Assembly: GCA_963706795.1 (NCBI GenBank)
Contig: OY970170.1
Span: forward strand, 1,235,897 to 1,267,896
From: Candidatus Saccharimonadota bacterium
Lineage (GTDB): Bacteria; Patescibacteriota; Gracilibacteria; BD1-5; UBA2023
Reading direction: 5' to 3'
DNA: 32,000 nt
Positions 10,400 through 21,311 of the stretch are shown in pieces. Every line of letters starts with the position of its first letter. Position 1 is the stretch's first letter. Below the pieces are notes generated by a model. The model worked only from the letters and a program-made list of their open reading frames with translations, searched no databases and had not been told where the DNA came from. The position numbers and the translations under genes are program-made.

Positions 10400-10912
10400 C
10401 TATTCAGCTTTTTTTCACTGTGCTCGTGCGATAGCATCCATGGCCTGATTATGGCTATTTTGGAGAATGTTTTCGAGTTTTTGATGAGTTTGTTCTTCGC
10501 GCTCTAAAGCAAACTTTTCATACGCTGCATACATATGCGAAATAAAGGCATGTACCACAACACGAGCCTGATCAGGAGCGAGCTTTGCTCGACCAAGGGC
10601 ATCAGTATTATTCAAAATCGCGCCCATTACATGTGACATATGAATAGGGAGCGCCAAATTTTGATGCGTGACCATTGCTCGAATAAGACCATTCATATGC
10701 TCATTCTCAAAGAAACCAAGAACTGTCTCTCTGTCTAAAGCATCTTTTTTACTTCTTCCATTCCCAGGAAGCATTGGGTATCTTGCTCCCGCAATAAATG
10801 CCTTCTTTTCGGCTGCAAATACTGTGGCGATGTTTTCTTTGAGATTGTTTTCAATCTCGGCGAGAGCCATTGCTTCGTTACCATGAAGATCCGGAGTCTG
10901 TGATGCTGACAT
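10400..10912 (-). CDS. Hypothetical His-rich protein (170 aa), last gene of the Fur/NAS/COG0523 operon
   Basis: Track ORF 10415..10978 reads through TGA 10415-10417 to TAG 10400-10402. The likely start is ATG 10910-10912 (MSASQTPDLHG...). Several His clusters (THQNLALPIHMSHVMG, VVVHAFISHMY). Confidence 0.5.
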
Positions 10913-10987
10913 ATTATCAGGGTTATTGGACGATATCCTCAAGTTTAGCACAAGAGAGATATGGACGCAAAAAAACACTAATATACC

Positions 10988-12508
10988 CTACGCGAGATAG
11001 TTCTCCCACTTCGCAATTCGGCCATCAGTTTCAAAATATTCAAATTCTGCCCATTTGGACATTACTTCCTTATCCATGGAGAGTTTTACAATGGCTCCGT
11101 CAGACTGGAGTAATTCATCGATAGTTTTTGTGGCACATGAAGGATCGAAGAGATCAATCCCATGTTTCTCCAAAAGAATTTTTACAAGGAAATCGAGCCG
11201 CTTATGACAGATATATGTTGGGCTTTTTGAATGCTCTCTGAGCTCGGCTACGGTCTCAACTTTTTTTGGAGTTCTCGCATATGCACGACGCTTGTATTCG
11301 AGCCAGCTGTAGGGATCTGGATATTTCATGGATTCACCGAGCGCTTTTTGTTCCGCCTGGATACGAGCAATTTCGAGCCAAGAAGCATCAGAAGCCCCAT
11401 CCTGAAAGCGTGATTGAATCATTGATATTTTTGCGTCCATAGCCATATACGCGTGATACTGACTCACAAGCTTATCTACGCGCTCCTCGGATAATGCCAC
11501 AAATGCCTCAATAGTATCTGGAATCATAGGAGAAGAAATTGATTGGATTGTGTGTGTAATTGAATGGTCACTCACTTGCTCAAAAATGAGTATTTGCGAA
11601 GGCGTCATGGGGCTCACAGTTATAATATTGAGATATGGAGCCACGCTTGTGTGCTTGGAATAGACGAAACTTCCGTGAACAAAATCAAATTCGGTTTGCC
11701 CGATTACACCTTTTGCACGCATGACATTTGTTCCAAGAGACGCGATGGCCAGATCAAGATCCTGCCGAGAAAAATTCGCATGCAACTCAAAGCTTCTCGT
11801 GAATACTGGCGCCTTTTTTGTAGCTGATCTGGTATTCATATGTGAGGTCGGAGCAGATGCACTTCTCAAAAAACTCGGCTTTGATTCGGGCTTTTTAGGG
11901 AGATGATCGAGTAGTCACAAAAGGGATTCGTAATCCTGCTCATGTGGATGTGATTCGAAGGATTCTTGACTCGATCAATCGATCTTTCTGAGTTGTACGA
12001 TCGGAGCAGATGGAGCGAGTCGACCTATCCATTGCAGAACATTGTCCGAATTCCCCTCAGTCCACGTGAGTCCGACGATATCCGCAGTCCTCATCTGAGT
12101 ATCCATCACCACTCTCTCCGCCTCAGAACGAAGTGGAAAATGCTCGACATCCGAGAGCACAATCGTCGTCACACGAAACCCAGTTCGCTTCATAAGAGCA
12201 AGAATGGCAGGTCATTCGGCAATTCCACTCGGCTCAACAATCAGGAGTTCTGAGGAACCCTTCGCTTGATGCAGGGCATTGGAGAGAGATTCCATGTCTT
12301 CGCAGCAGATACACCCCTCGGTGAGCGCGGTCACGTCAGCATCACTCAAACGAGCCGCATCGATATTAATTGATCCAACGTCATTGACGATAATTTTGGT
12401 TTTCTGCTTAAATCGCGAAAGCATCCATCGGATTAGTGACGTTTTTCATGATCCAAGTGGCCCAAGGACCAATAGGGCTCGCGAAGTATCGGGACTGTGC
12501 ATTGTCAT
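10988..12508 (-). CDS. COG0523-family (CobW/ZigA/YeiR-like) metallochaperone GTPase with about 200-aa extra C-terminal region
   Basis: Track ORFs 12212..12424, 11975..12193 and 10988..11869 are in one frame, joined by TGAs at 12446, 12212, 11975 and 11915. 'LVLGPLGS-G-KTSLI' Walker A (TGA 12446-12448 is the Gly of GKT); 'TEGCICCEDMESL' (GCxCC); 'LLIVEPSGIAEG'; CobW_C-like 'VMRAKGVIGQTEFDFVHGSF'. ATG 12506-12508, TAG 10988-10990. Confidence 0.85.
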
Positions 12509-12513
12509 ATCCA

Positions 12514-13332
12514 CTACAGTGATCAAAGAATACAAGAATTCACAACACCAGACGGTGGATTACAATACATCACTTCTGCGTATCCATCCGGAAGCCACGA
12601 AGTTTGCATCTCCGGATAGAGAAATGTTCTGTAACCGAATGCTGTACGAAACAATACGGTCTGTCCTGACCTACTCGAATCCAAGATAGATTGAGCAATT
12701 ATTCGTTTTGTCACTGCATCACATCCCGCAAGTGCAGCAACAAAAATACAGTCGTACTCTCCATAGCCAGAGAATTTTTCGGCTGACCCATGGAGAATTC
12801 CAACATTCTCTGCGAGCCCTATTCGGCTGATGAGCAGACGAGAGAGCTCACAGGCATTTTCATTGCTATCAAGACAATCAACCCCTTCTATAAATGCATC
12901 CTGCATTAATATTGGAGAGAGTGGCAGTGGTCCTGATCCCACAAAAAGCGCCCTACGTGCAGAACCGAGCCCACGTTCTTTTCGGTACTGATGGATCAAT
13001 GATATTTCCCATGTACTGAGCAACCGATAATTTTGCATATACGGAAATATCTCAAGATCTTTGAGACTCAAAGGGTCTTTATTTTTAAGAAGCAAATTTG
13101 CCCAATGATGCTCGAGAAGGGATTCTCACTCTGAGCACAGAGACTGCATTTTGGAGCGCAATGAGCGAGTCGGGATATCCCAAAAAAGCTCAGAAATATC
13201 CCCGTCATGCCCCATAACCGTCTCTACCAAACGCGAGAATTCACCATTTACCGTCGGCGAAGGATGAAGCGAATCCTCCCGTGAAAGCCGATCATATATC
13301 GTCTGAATTACTTCAATACTACTATGCGTCAT
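12514..13332 (-). CDS. Nicotianamine synthase-like (NAS/CntL-type) SAM-dependent aminobutyryl transferase
   Basis: Track ORFs 13126..13332 and 12523..13095 are in frame, joined by TGA 13126-13128 ('LCSE-G-ESLLEHHW'). NAS hallmarks by recollection: 'SLHPSPTVNGEFSRLV', 'FPYMQNYRLL', 'ALFVGSGPLPLSPILM'. It reads through TGA 12523 to TAG 12514-12516. Confidence 0.8.
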
Positions 13333-13735
13333 GCCCCGCTTTTGTTACACAAGAAGGACAATTTCCCACATGCGTCTCACGATGGGATTCTAGGATATTT
13401 CCTGCACTATTTTTGAAGTGCTCATCACTAATACTCCCACATCCATGACAGTGAGTGAGTTCAAAATGCCTCGATGGTTCTCGACCATTTCGGATCTCTG
13501 CACAGAGTACAAATGACTCCACGCCATGCTCATAGAGAGCATGGATAAGTCCCGCATCCCGAAAATCAGAAATACCTCGATAGAGCGTCGCAAGATTTGC
13601 ACCTGTACGAGATATGTAAGCTTCTTTGAGCGAATCAAAGTCGCACGCATTCTGCTCAGATAAAATCTCAAGCAACGCCACTCGCGACTTCGTTGCACGA
13701 CATCAGACAGAATGAATAATTGAGGAATGGTCCAT
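13322..13735 (-). CDS. Fur-family metalloregulator (Zur-like)
   Basis: 'ATLYRGISDFRDAGLIH' (wHTH), 'HFELTHCHGCGSISDEH' (HxHxxCxxC-type site) and a second 'CPSC'. ATG 13733-13735 (one TGA at 13703), TAG 13322-13324. It overlaps the NAS start by 11 nt. Confidence 0.8.
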
Positions 13736-13807
13736 GAGACAGCATTAAAAATGATCCTCACTATATGCGGATTTATTTTATTGCAAAAATTTGCATTAAA
13801 ATCTCAG

Positions 13808-13829
13808 TTATTCAATGAATTATGAATAA
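13808..13829. promoter_or_regulatory. Candidate Fur/Zur operator (7-8-7 inverted repeat) in the divergent promoter region
   Basis: TTATTCA-atgaatta-TGAATAA at 13808-13829, AT-rich, between the Fur-like gene (start 13735, minus) and gene 13885 (+). A TTGACA hexamer lies at 13843-13848. Confidence 0.3.
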
Positions 13830-13884
13830 TTCTTGGCTTTACTTGACACTTTACATATATTGCCTACATATACATCTTCTTATC

Positions 13885-14775
13885 ATGAAAGTCTTTCCAC
13901 TCGCAACGATTCTATGAGGAAGCCTTCTCACTGGAGTAACGTATTTTGCTAATCCAGACTCAGGAAGTCACGCATTGACCCAAGAGGTAAAAGCAAAGGT
14001 AAGCAATACTTCATCGTGGAGGGATTCGCCATTTGCTCATGGACAAAAATCCTCTAAACAGTGAGAGGTTTTAAGCCCTGAATGAGATGACCCTTTGGTT
14101 TGGCTCGATGCACATCGAACAGTAAAAATGCGCATACAGGGAACTTCTTGGTATCGTGATTACCTCACTTGAAAGCTGGATAAAGAACTATTTAAAAGAA
14201 ATCTCGCAGATGCTCATTCGATAGAGCTTTCACTCGAAGCAAACCAATGAATGCTCGAAAAAATACAGCATCAAGAATGGTGGCACAGATACCTCACAGG
14301 AAAGACCGAACCACATTTTATGCTCGTAAGTGTCATTTGAGCATTCATACAAAATGAACAATTCGAAAAAGGGAATCCTGAGATAGTTGCAAAGATACGA
14401 AAAGATCCACGCTGGCAAAATACGCTACTCAATCCCACAGATACCAATGTGCTCGCACAAAATATCATCATCTCTGAGCTCATAACAAATGCAATGGATA
14501 TCAACAATAATCCACAATTGCAGGAGAGGCTCTTGAAATATGGTTTTACCCAAGATGACTTTTATACAGCTGGCTGGGAAAAAACTGAATGAGTTTTTAG
14601 CGTCTTCCGTGACATCAGCATTATTGAAGATCTCAATATGTGGTCCGCGCTAGAGAGAAAGACATTCCTAGAAACGGACATATGAAAAGCCTATTTAGAA
14701 GGGAAAATTGAACCAAGCATTGCACTCACGCATATGTCAAAAATCTCGGATACATTGATGCATGGTAGCAAGTAG
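13885..14775 (+). CDS. Secreted protein of unknown function (296 aa), absent from the standard-code ORF track
   Basis: I translated it codon by codon. ATG 13885, 8 in-frame TGAs, TAG 14773-14775. Signal-like MKVFPLATILGGSLLTGVTYFA. Internal repeat 'SWYRDYLTGK' / 'WWHRYLTGK'. A strong terminator follows. Confidence 0.7.
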
Positions 14776-14783
14776 ATGGCATC

Positions 14784-14818
14784 AAAAAAAAAGATCAGTC
14801 CGAGGACTGATCTTTTTT
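14784..14818. terminator. Bidirectional intrinsic terminator
   Basis: A-tract, stem agatcagtc (14792-14800) / gactgatct (14805-14813), cgag loop, then tttttt. It lies between convergent genes 13885..14775 (+) and 14820..16949 (-). Confidence 0.8.
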
Positions 14819-14819
14819 A

Positions 14820-16949
14820 CTACGAAACTTCTTCTCATTCTGGTGGAGTATTTTTAGCATTCATGATCTTATGGATCCTATTCCCTACTATCGTTCCGAG
14901 GAGTTCTTTGTAGCGTTTTCTTTCGGGATTTACACGGGTCTTGCGACTTGGGAGAGCAGAATGAATAACAAGATCAAGTTTTTGCTCCTCGGTCATCGTC
15001 TTTTTGTAGTTCACCATATTGCGACTCGCGCGACAAGCAAAGGCGTCAATTCGGCCGTAAAAACCTGACTCTTCAGCTCGGATACGGAGATCATCCAGGG
15101 TTTGTCCACTATTCGTATTGTCATCGAAGATGAGTAGCCAGTTCTGATCTCGCATTTGATGCCTCGTATCATCATCAATAATAGACTTTTGCATGACCTC
15201 GGCGATGGGATAGTCAGCCAGCTTGAGGAATGAATTGGCATTTTTGACGTCATAGATCGAATAGACGATATTTCAGACATTCGCGAGCACCTGGCCACTA
15301 TTCACTGACTTCGAAAAAACGTATTTTGCATAGAGCCCAGTGAGCGCGCCACCATAGTTTACGCCCATGATATGCAGGACATCCTTTGTAGGCTTATAGC
15401 CCTTTTGGATAATCATATTAAGTGCATTTTGGGCAGTCTTGATCATCACGAGTGGATCGTTTTCTTCTCTATAGAGACGAATGATCTTTTTGAGTGCCTT
15501 CTCATGGACGATTGTATTTTGAGGCTTCGTCGTTTTTTGTTTCTTTTGAGCTCGCTTCTCGCCGTCAGCCACATAGCTGTCCATGAGCTTAAAATATGAC
15601 TCGAGGAGTTGTAAAATATCTACAAATTCAGCACGCATCATATCGGTTTTACCCGTGTTGATCTCAGGGAGTTTATTTGGGATTTCTCAAACAATCTTCA
15701 CATGTGCTATGTCGTTGTTTCAGAGCATTATATCCATCGAATACCCCACATGACTATCGAGCATACTCAATAAGGCATAATGTCAGTCTTCGTCTCATCG
15801 AAGAGTTTCCTGAAGCTTTTTAAACTCTGCAAATTCGTGCGGACTAGTACTCTTGATATGACGAACTTCATCGCGCTTAAACACGAGACTTCCCTCGTAG
15901 TCAGGATTAAGGAATTGCTCACTATAGAGAAGCTGAGCAGCATTCTGCATGAATGCCAGCATATTAATCTTCGCATCCAAAAGTCCGAGAAGAATCTTCT
16001 TCATCGACTTATGCGTGTTAATTTTTATATACTTGTTGAAGATCTTGTCTATATCAAGCGCAAAAGTCACCTTCGCATGCTGTAAAAGCAAACTTTGATT
16101 CGAGAGAAATTTGAGAATATGATGGAATAAATGCGCCGTCGGAGTCTTGGCAAAATCCTGGACCATATTACGAAGCTGCTCAAGACCTTGCAGTGTCTGG
16201 ATTCACTGCGTAGTAAAAAGATTGTCTAATTCTTGGTTTGAAGTTTGATTCTTTTTTTTGAGTTTCCGCTCCAAACGTCTCAGATCACCTGGAGCCAAAA
16301 GATTAAAAATATCCCGCGAGAAATCATCCAGATTATGCGTCAGCCCGTTCCAAAGCATCTCTTCGTAATAGGTGCTAAATAGTCGAATATTCTGATCGAT
16401 CGAATTATAGTGAGCCAGGAAATCATGCTTAAAACCATCCATATTTACATCGAGCACATCATGGTCATTGATCGACGAAAACCGCTCCTTGGTATCTACC
16501 AATACACTCGGAAACTGGAAATAGTATTTTTGGTTTCGAAATATGAGATTGCTGCCATGTTTATAGACAAAATCATTCTTGAGATTGAGCAAATACGCCT
16601 CATGAAGCCAATGAGATCACTCAATCGGGTTACCGTCCTTGTCTAGACTTACAAACAAACCTGTGAGCTCATTTATGTCCTCTTTGTTTAATTTGATAGC
16701 TCCATCTACATGGAAATATTCTTTAAGGAGTGAATTAATTTCATCACCTGCGAGAACATCCAATGAGCGCTGTTTTATATAATCAGTTATCCCTGTAAGC
16801 TTATTTTCAAAAGGAATACTGAGCTTTTTAATGCGCTCAGATTCACTCATTTCATCCTTGGAGAGCTCATCTGAGATTGCAAAGAGTACCTCAGGAGTGA
16901 GTTCTACACTTGGCTCGTCAGGAGATGAGACGATATGGAAATTTTTCAT
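14820..16949 (-). CDS. Large protein (709 aa) with C-terminal phosphoribosyltransferase-like domain; N-terminal about 450 aa of unknown family
   Basis: Track ORFs 16617..16949, 16203..16592, 15795..16166, 15273..15641 and 14835..15194 share one frame. The gaps contain only TGA (8 in total). PRT-type motifs 'HIMGVNYGGALTGLYAKYVF' and 'WLLIFDDNTNSGQTLDDL'. ATG 16949 (in-frame TAA upstream), TAG 14820-14822. Confidence 0.75.
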
Positions 16950-17078
16950 TGGGATGCTAAAATTTGTATTGGTAGATGAGGAGGTTTGTTATTGTAAGGA
17001 GAGAGTGGAATCTTTTAAATCGGAATTTATTTTTGGAAGGAGGAATTAATGAATTGGTAAGTATTGTAAATGAAGAGA

Positions 17079-17119
17079 AACACGGACCATATTCACTCAG
17101 CGTAAATATGGTCCGTGTT
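17079..17119 (-). terminator. Intrinsic terminator closing the type I R-M / GNAT operon
   Basis: 14-bp perfect stem aacacggaccatat (17079-17092) / atatggtccgtgtt (17106-17119), 13-nt loop. On the minus strand it is followed by a T-rich run and lies 15 nt after the GNAT stop. Confidence 0.7.
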
Positions 17120-17133
17120 AATCGACAACATCA

Positions 17134-17604
17134 CTAGTGATCTCAAAGTTTCTTCCAAAACTCCACCGTCGTTTTCTGCATGCCAGCATCTAAATAAAAT
17201 CGCTGTGAAAGCTCATTTTCAAAATCTGTGTGGGTTGTGAGGTGATCACACCCTCTTGTTATTAATTCCTGTTCAAGAGCCTGAAAAAGCTTGCCTGCGA
17301 AGCCCTTACCTCGGAGATCAGATCTCACGAATACTTCATCCACATAACCGAGTTTGCAAAACCTATGGTTCTTGCGTTCATGAACCGATCACTGCACAAA
17401 TCAACCCACTTCATCGTTGTCAGTTATCGCCACAAATATAATCTCGTCATCAAGATCGGATTCCTTTAGTGGCAAATAAGGATTTACTCGCTCATGAAAA
17501 TCCTGATTTTCTTTAGAAAAAATCTGGGAGCGATAGAGATTGAGCTCATCCATGAGGAGCTGGATTCACTGGATGTCGAATTTGGTGGCTTTGCGGATGA
17601 GCAT
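17134..17604 (-). CDS. GNAT-family N-acetyltransferase
   Basis: 'MLIRKATKFDIQGIQLLMDEL...' and 'VDEVFVRSDLRGKGFAGKLFQALEQ' (acetyl-CoA motif A, R/Q-x-x-G-x-G/A). 4 in-frame TGAs. TAG 17134-17136. The start is 26 nt after the hsdR stop. Confidence 0.8.
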
Positions 17605-17630
17605 TGGGAGAGGTGAGACTGAGATATAAC

Positions 17631-20600
17631 CTATTTTGAAAGCTCTTGAGCTAATAATTCGCTCTGTTCAATCACACGATCAGCCTCAATCTTTGCGAGG
17701 TCTGGTGGATACCCATAGCGCATGAGCACTTTTTTTACCGTGAGACGAAGTTGAGCGCGAACATCATCACGTTTGTTCCAGTCGACTGTAGCATTCTTTC
17801 GAATGATATCTACGATCATATGGATCAATTCCTTCATCTTATGATCCTCCAGAAATTCTGTCGATGTGTTCTGCGAAAGTATAGAATAAAATGCATATTC
17901 TTCGGGGGTGAGACCAATCTCCTTTGCTCGCATATCCTCAATCCTCATATCGCGTGCAATCTGTGAAAGTTCCTCGATAATCTGTGCTGTATCGAGTTGA
18001 TTGTTATGGTAACGCTTAATCACATTTCCAAGCATTTCAGAGAACTTTTTCCCTTGAGCAACATTCTTTTGTTTGCGAACCTTCACCTCCTCAGTGAGAA
18101 GTTTTTTAAGGAGTTCAAAAGCAAGATTTTTGTGCTCCATGTTTTTCACTTCTAATAGAAATTCCTCTGACAGAATCTCAAGTGAAGGAGCTTTGATTCC
18201 TGCTGCTTCAAAAATATCTACCACTCAATCCGAAGACAAAGCTTCTTCGACAATCTGTCGGATCGCCGTATTTACCTCTGCATCACTTTTTCAACCAGTA
18301 GGTGAGAATTTATTGATTCGTGATTTAATAGCCTGAAAGAAGGCAATATGATCCTTGATTTGTTCCGCCGCAACACTCGGTACAGCCATTACAAAGAGTT
18401 TTGAAAGCGCAGACACTTCAGCGAGGAATCGATTCTGTGTATCTTCACTTCGAAGGATGAAGTTTTGTGCAGCGAGCAACACATGAAGCTTCTTTCAGGT
18501 TTCAGCAGTGAAATACGACTGATAATCGAATCCGTGAAACATCTGAGAAACAATCTCGAATTTTGTTCGCATCCCAGCTATTACCTCCGCAATATCCAAT
18601 ACTGCTTGCCCCTGTCACCCATTGTCCGTATACGTCGACATCGCATTTCGCAGATCTTGTCCGATACCGATATAATCAACAATCAATCATCCTGGCTTAT
18701 CTTTGTAAACGCGGTTCACACGTGCAATTGCCTGCATAAGGTTTGCACCTTCCATTTTCTTGTCGATGTACATCGTATGGAGCGACGGTGCGTCAAATCC
18801 TGTCAGCCACATGGACTGTACGATCACGAGTTGCAGGGAATCATTCGGATCTTTGAGCCTAAGGGCTAATGCCTTGCGCTCATCCTTGGTAGTGTGATGT
18901 GGCTGGAAATCTTCAGGATCATCTGTTGAGCTCGTCATCACGATCTTCAAGAAACCCTTCGTAAGATCCTGATCATGCCATTCAGGTCTGAGTTTCACAA
19001 TCTCAGTATATAGGTTCACTGCGATCTGTCGTGTCATACACACGATCATCCCCTTTCCTTCGAAGATAGCCTGACGCGCTTCAAAGTGATCAACGATATC
19101 CTTCGCAATATCCCTCAATCTATCTGGATGCCCCACGATACTATCGATCTGTGCATTGCGTTTTTTTGCTTTCTCTTTCTGCTCAGGTGTTGCATCTTCG
19201 ATCTCATCGATCGCTATATCGATCTGAGCAACAGCCGCATCGTTCATCTTGATCTTCACAAGTCGACTCTCATAACTAATCGGCACAGTTGCGCCATCTT
19301 GAACCGCCTGTGCGATATCGTAGATATCCACATATCCACCAAATACTGCAGGTGTAGACTTATCTTCCTTCTCGATCGGAGTACCCGTGAATCCTATGAA
19401 AGAAGCCTGAGGAAGCGCATCTCTCATATACTTTGCATTCCCGTACTTGATCTCGCCATCAAGATCAACCTTTCCCGTGAAACCATACTGACTTCGATGC
19501 GCCTCATCTGCAACCACTACAACGTTTGAACGATCCGTAAGAACCTCGAAAGAATTCTGCCCATCTTCAGGATAGAATTTCTGAATTGTCGTGAAAATAA
19601 TCCCACCACCTGATACTTTGAGAAGCTCCTTCAAATGCGCACGATTATTCGCCTGGACTGGTTTTTGTCGCAGGAGGGAGACACAGTTCCCAAATGTTTG
19701 AAATAGCTGTTCATCGAGATCATTACGATCCGTGAGTATCACGATCGTAGGATTCTTCATCGCAGGTTCTACAACGAGTCTTCCAGCATAGAAGACCATG
19801 GAGAGTGACTTCCCAGATCATTGAGTATGCCACACAACCCCAATCTTCTTGTCACCATCTTCTGCAGTGGCACGCAAGGTTTCCTTCACTGCCTTCTCCA
19901 TCGCGTAATACTGATGATACGCAGCAACTTTTTTGATCTTGATTACAGAGAGCACTCCCGTTTCTTTATTCTTTACTTCTTCAGCTTCAAATACTGTATT
20001 GTATCTGATCAATTCGAGCAGAGTTTTCTTCTCGAACATTCGCTCCGCCAAGATCTGAAGCTCAGGCAATACCCCATTTTCCTTCTTCTCAGGTGATTTC
20101 CACACGAGATAACGTGAGAACGGTGCAGAGACACTCGACACTCGTGCATCGAGCCCGTCAGAGATCACGCAAAGTGCATTGTAATAGAACACAGAAGGAA
20201 CCGCCTTCTTGTAGTTCTGAATCTGTGTGAAAGCTCGCTCCAATGTAGCATCCTCATCCATTGTATTCTTGAGCTCAACCACGACAAGTGGGAGTCAATT
20301 CACAAACAACACAACATCCAGTCGCTTTTCATTGTTATTTTCCTTTACTACGAACTGATTCACCACACAGAAGTGGTTATTCTCTGGATTCACAAAATCC
20401 ACCAAGTTCACACTCACCCCCTTCGACTGCCCATCCGTGAAATACTCCACCACTACCCCATCCGTTAACATCTGATGAAATACCTCGTTGTTCATCATTA
20501 GATCATCCGAATCAAAGCGACGAATCTTTGAAAGTGCTTCGATTCGAGCAGATTCTGGGATGTGAGGATTGAGACGGTCGATAGATGTAGTTAGTACCGT

Positions 20601-20744
20601 ATCTAAAATAACGCCGTCAAAACTCGAACGCATAGGGGTTGAGCTGTATGGAGAGATATCTGGACCATAGAAATACTCGTAGCCCTGAGATTTGAGGAGA
20701 TCTACGAGGTTTTGTTCGATGGAAGATTCGGTAAGGTGGGGCAT
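17631..20744 (-). CDS. hsdR: Type I restriction enzyme, R subunit (1037 aa)
   Basis: Five track ORFs (20295..20744, 19818..20282, 18687..19799, 18291..18482, 17631..18224) share one frame. Joins: '[17 protein letters not shown]' (TGA 20295) and '[18 protein letters not shown]' (TGA 19818, helicase motif I). Also '[11 protein letters not shown]' (DEAH) and a C-terminal '[21 protein letters not shown]' region. 7 in-frame TGAs. TAG 17631-17633. Confidence 0.95.
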
Positions 20745-20748
20745 AGAC

Positions 20749-21300
20749 TTATATATGAAGTTCTTGAGGTAAGAATCTATTTATTTCATTATCTGACCAA
20801 GTAAATTCTTCATCTCTATTCTGTTTTCATAACAAAGATAACTGAGCCTCAGTGTAATCAGTATATGTTGTTTGTGAGGATAGTCAGACAATAATTTGAT
20901 ACTGTTCCTGATATAAATCTCTTCTTCAAATCGTTTCATCTTCGCTCAAACCACCTATAATATCAACTATAAAGTTTTTATATTTATCTCTCAAGTTTAG
21001 AAATTGCAGTGCAATTTTTTTAAACTCCTGTGCTCTTTGTTCTATAGAAAATTCTTTCTGGAGGAATAAGAAAATTATCTCAGAAACCGTTAATGCAACA
21101 GATACACCTCCAAAAATATTACTGTCTGGAAATTTAATCTGTAAAATAAGGAATACTAGAATCAAGAAAACATCAATGATGTTTACCCACTTAATCAATC
21201 ATTGAACTTTTTCTAGTCTATCACACGCTTTTTCATAAACCTTGTGATTAAAGACGCATTGAGCAAATTGCTGTCTTACCACTGAAAGATTTCTATTCAT
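20749..21300 (-). CDS. SLATT-like two-transmembrane effector protein (183 aa)
   Basis: ATG 21298-21300. N-terminal helix, two adjacent TM helices (LIKWVNIIDVFLILVFLILQI; IFGGVSVALTVSEIIFLFL), then a helical tail '...YTDYTEAQLSLLGKQNRDEEFTWSDNEINRFLP'. 4 in-frame TGAs. TAA 20749-20751, 4 nt before the hsdR ATG. The assignment rests on architecture plus the SMODS neighbour. Confidence 0.55.
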
Positions 21301-21311
21301 ATTTTAGAAGA

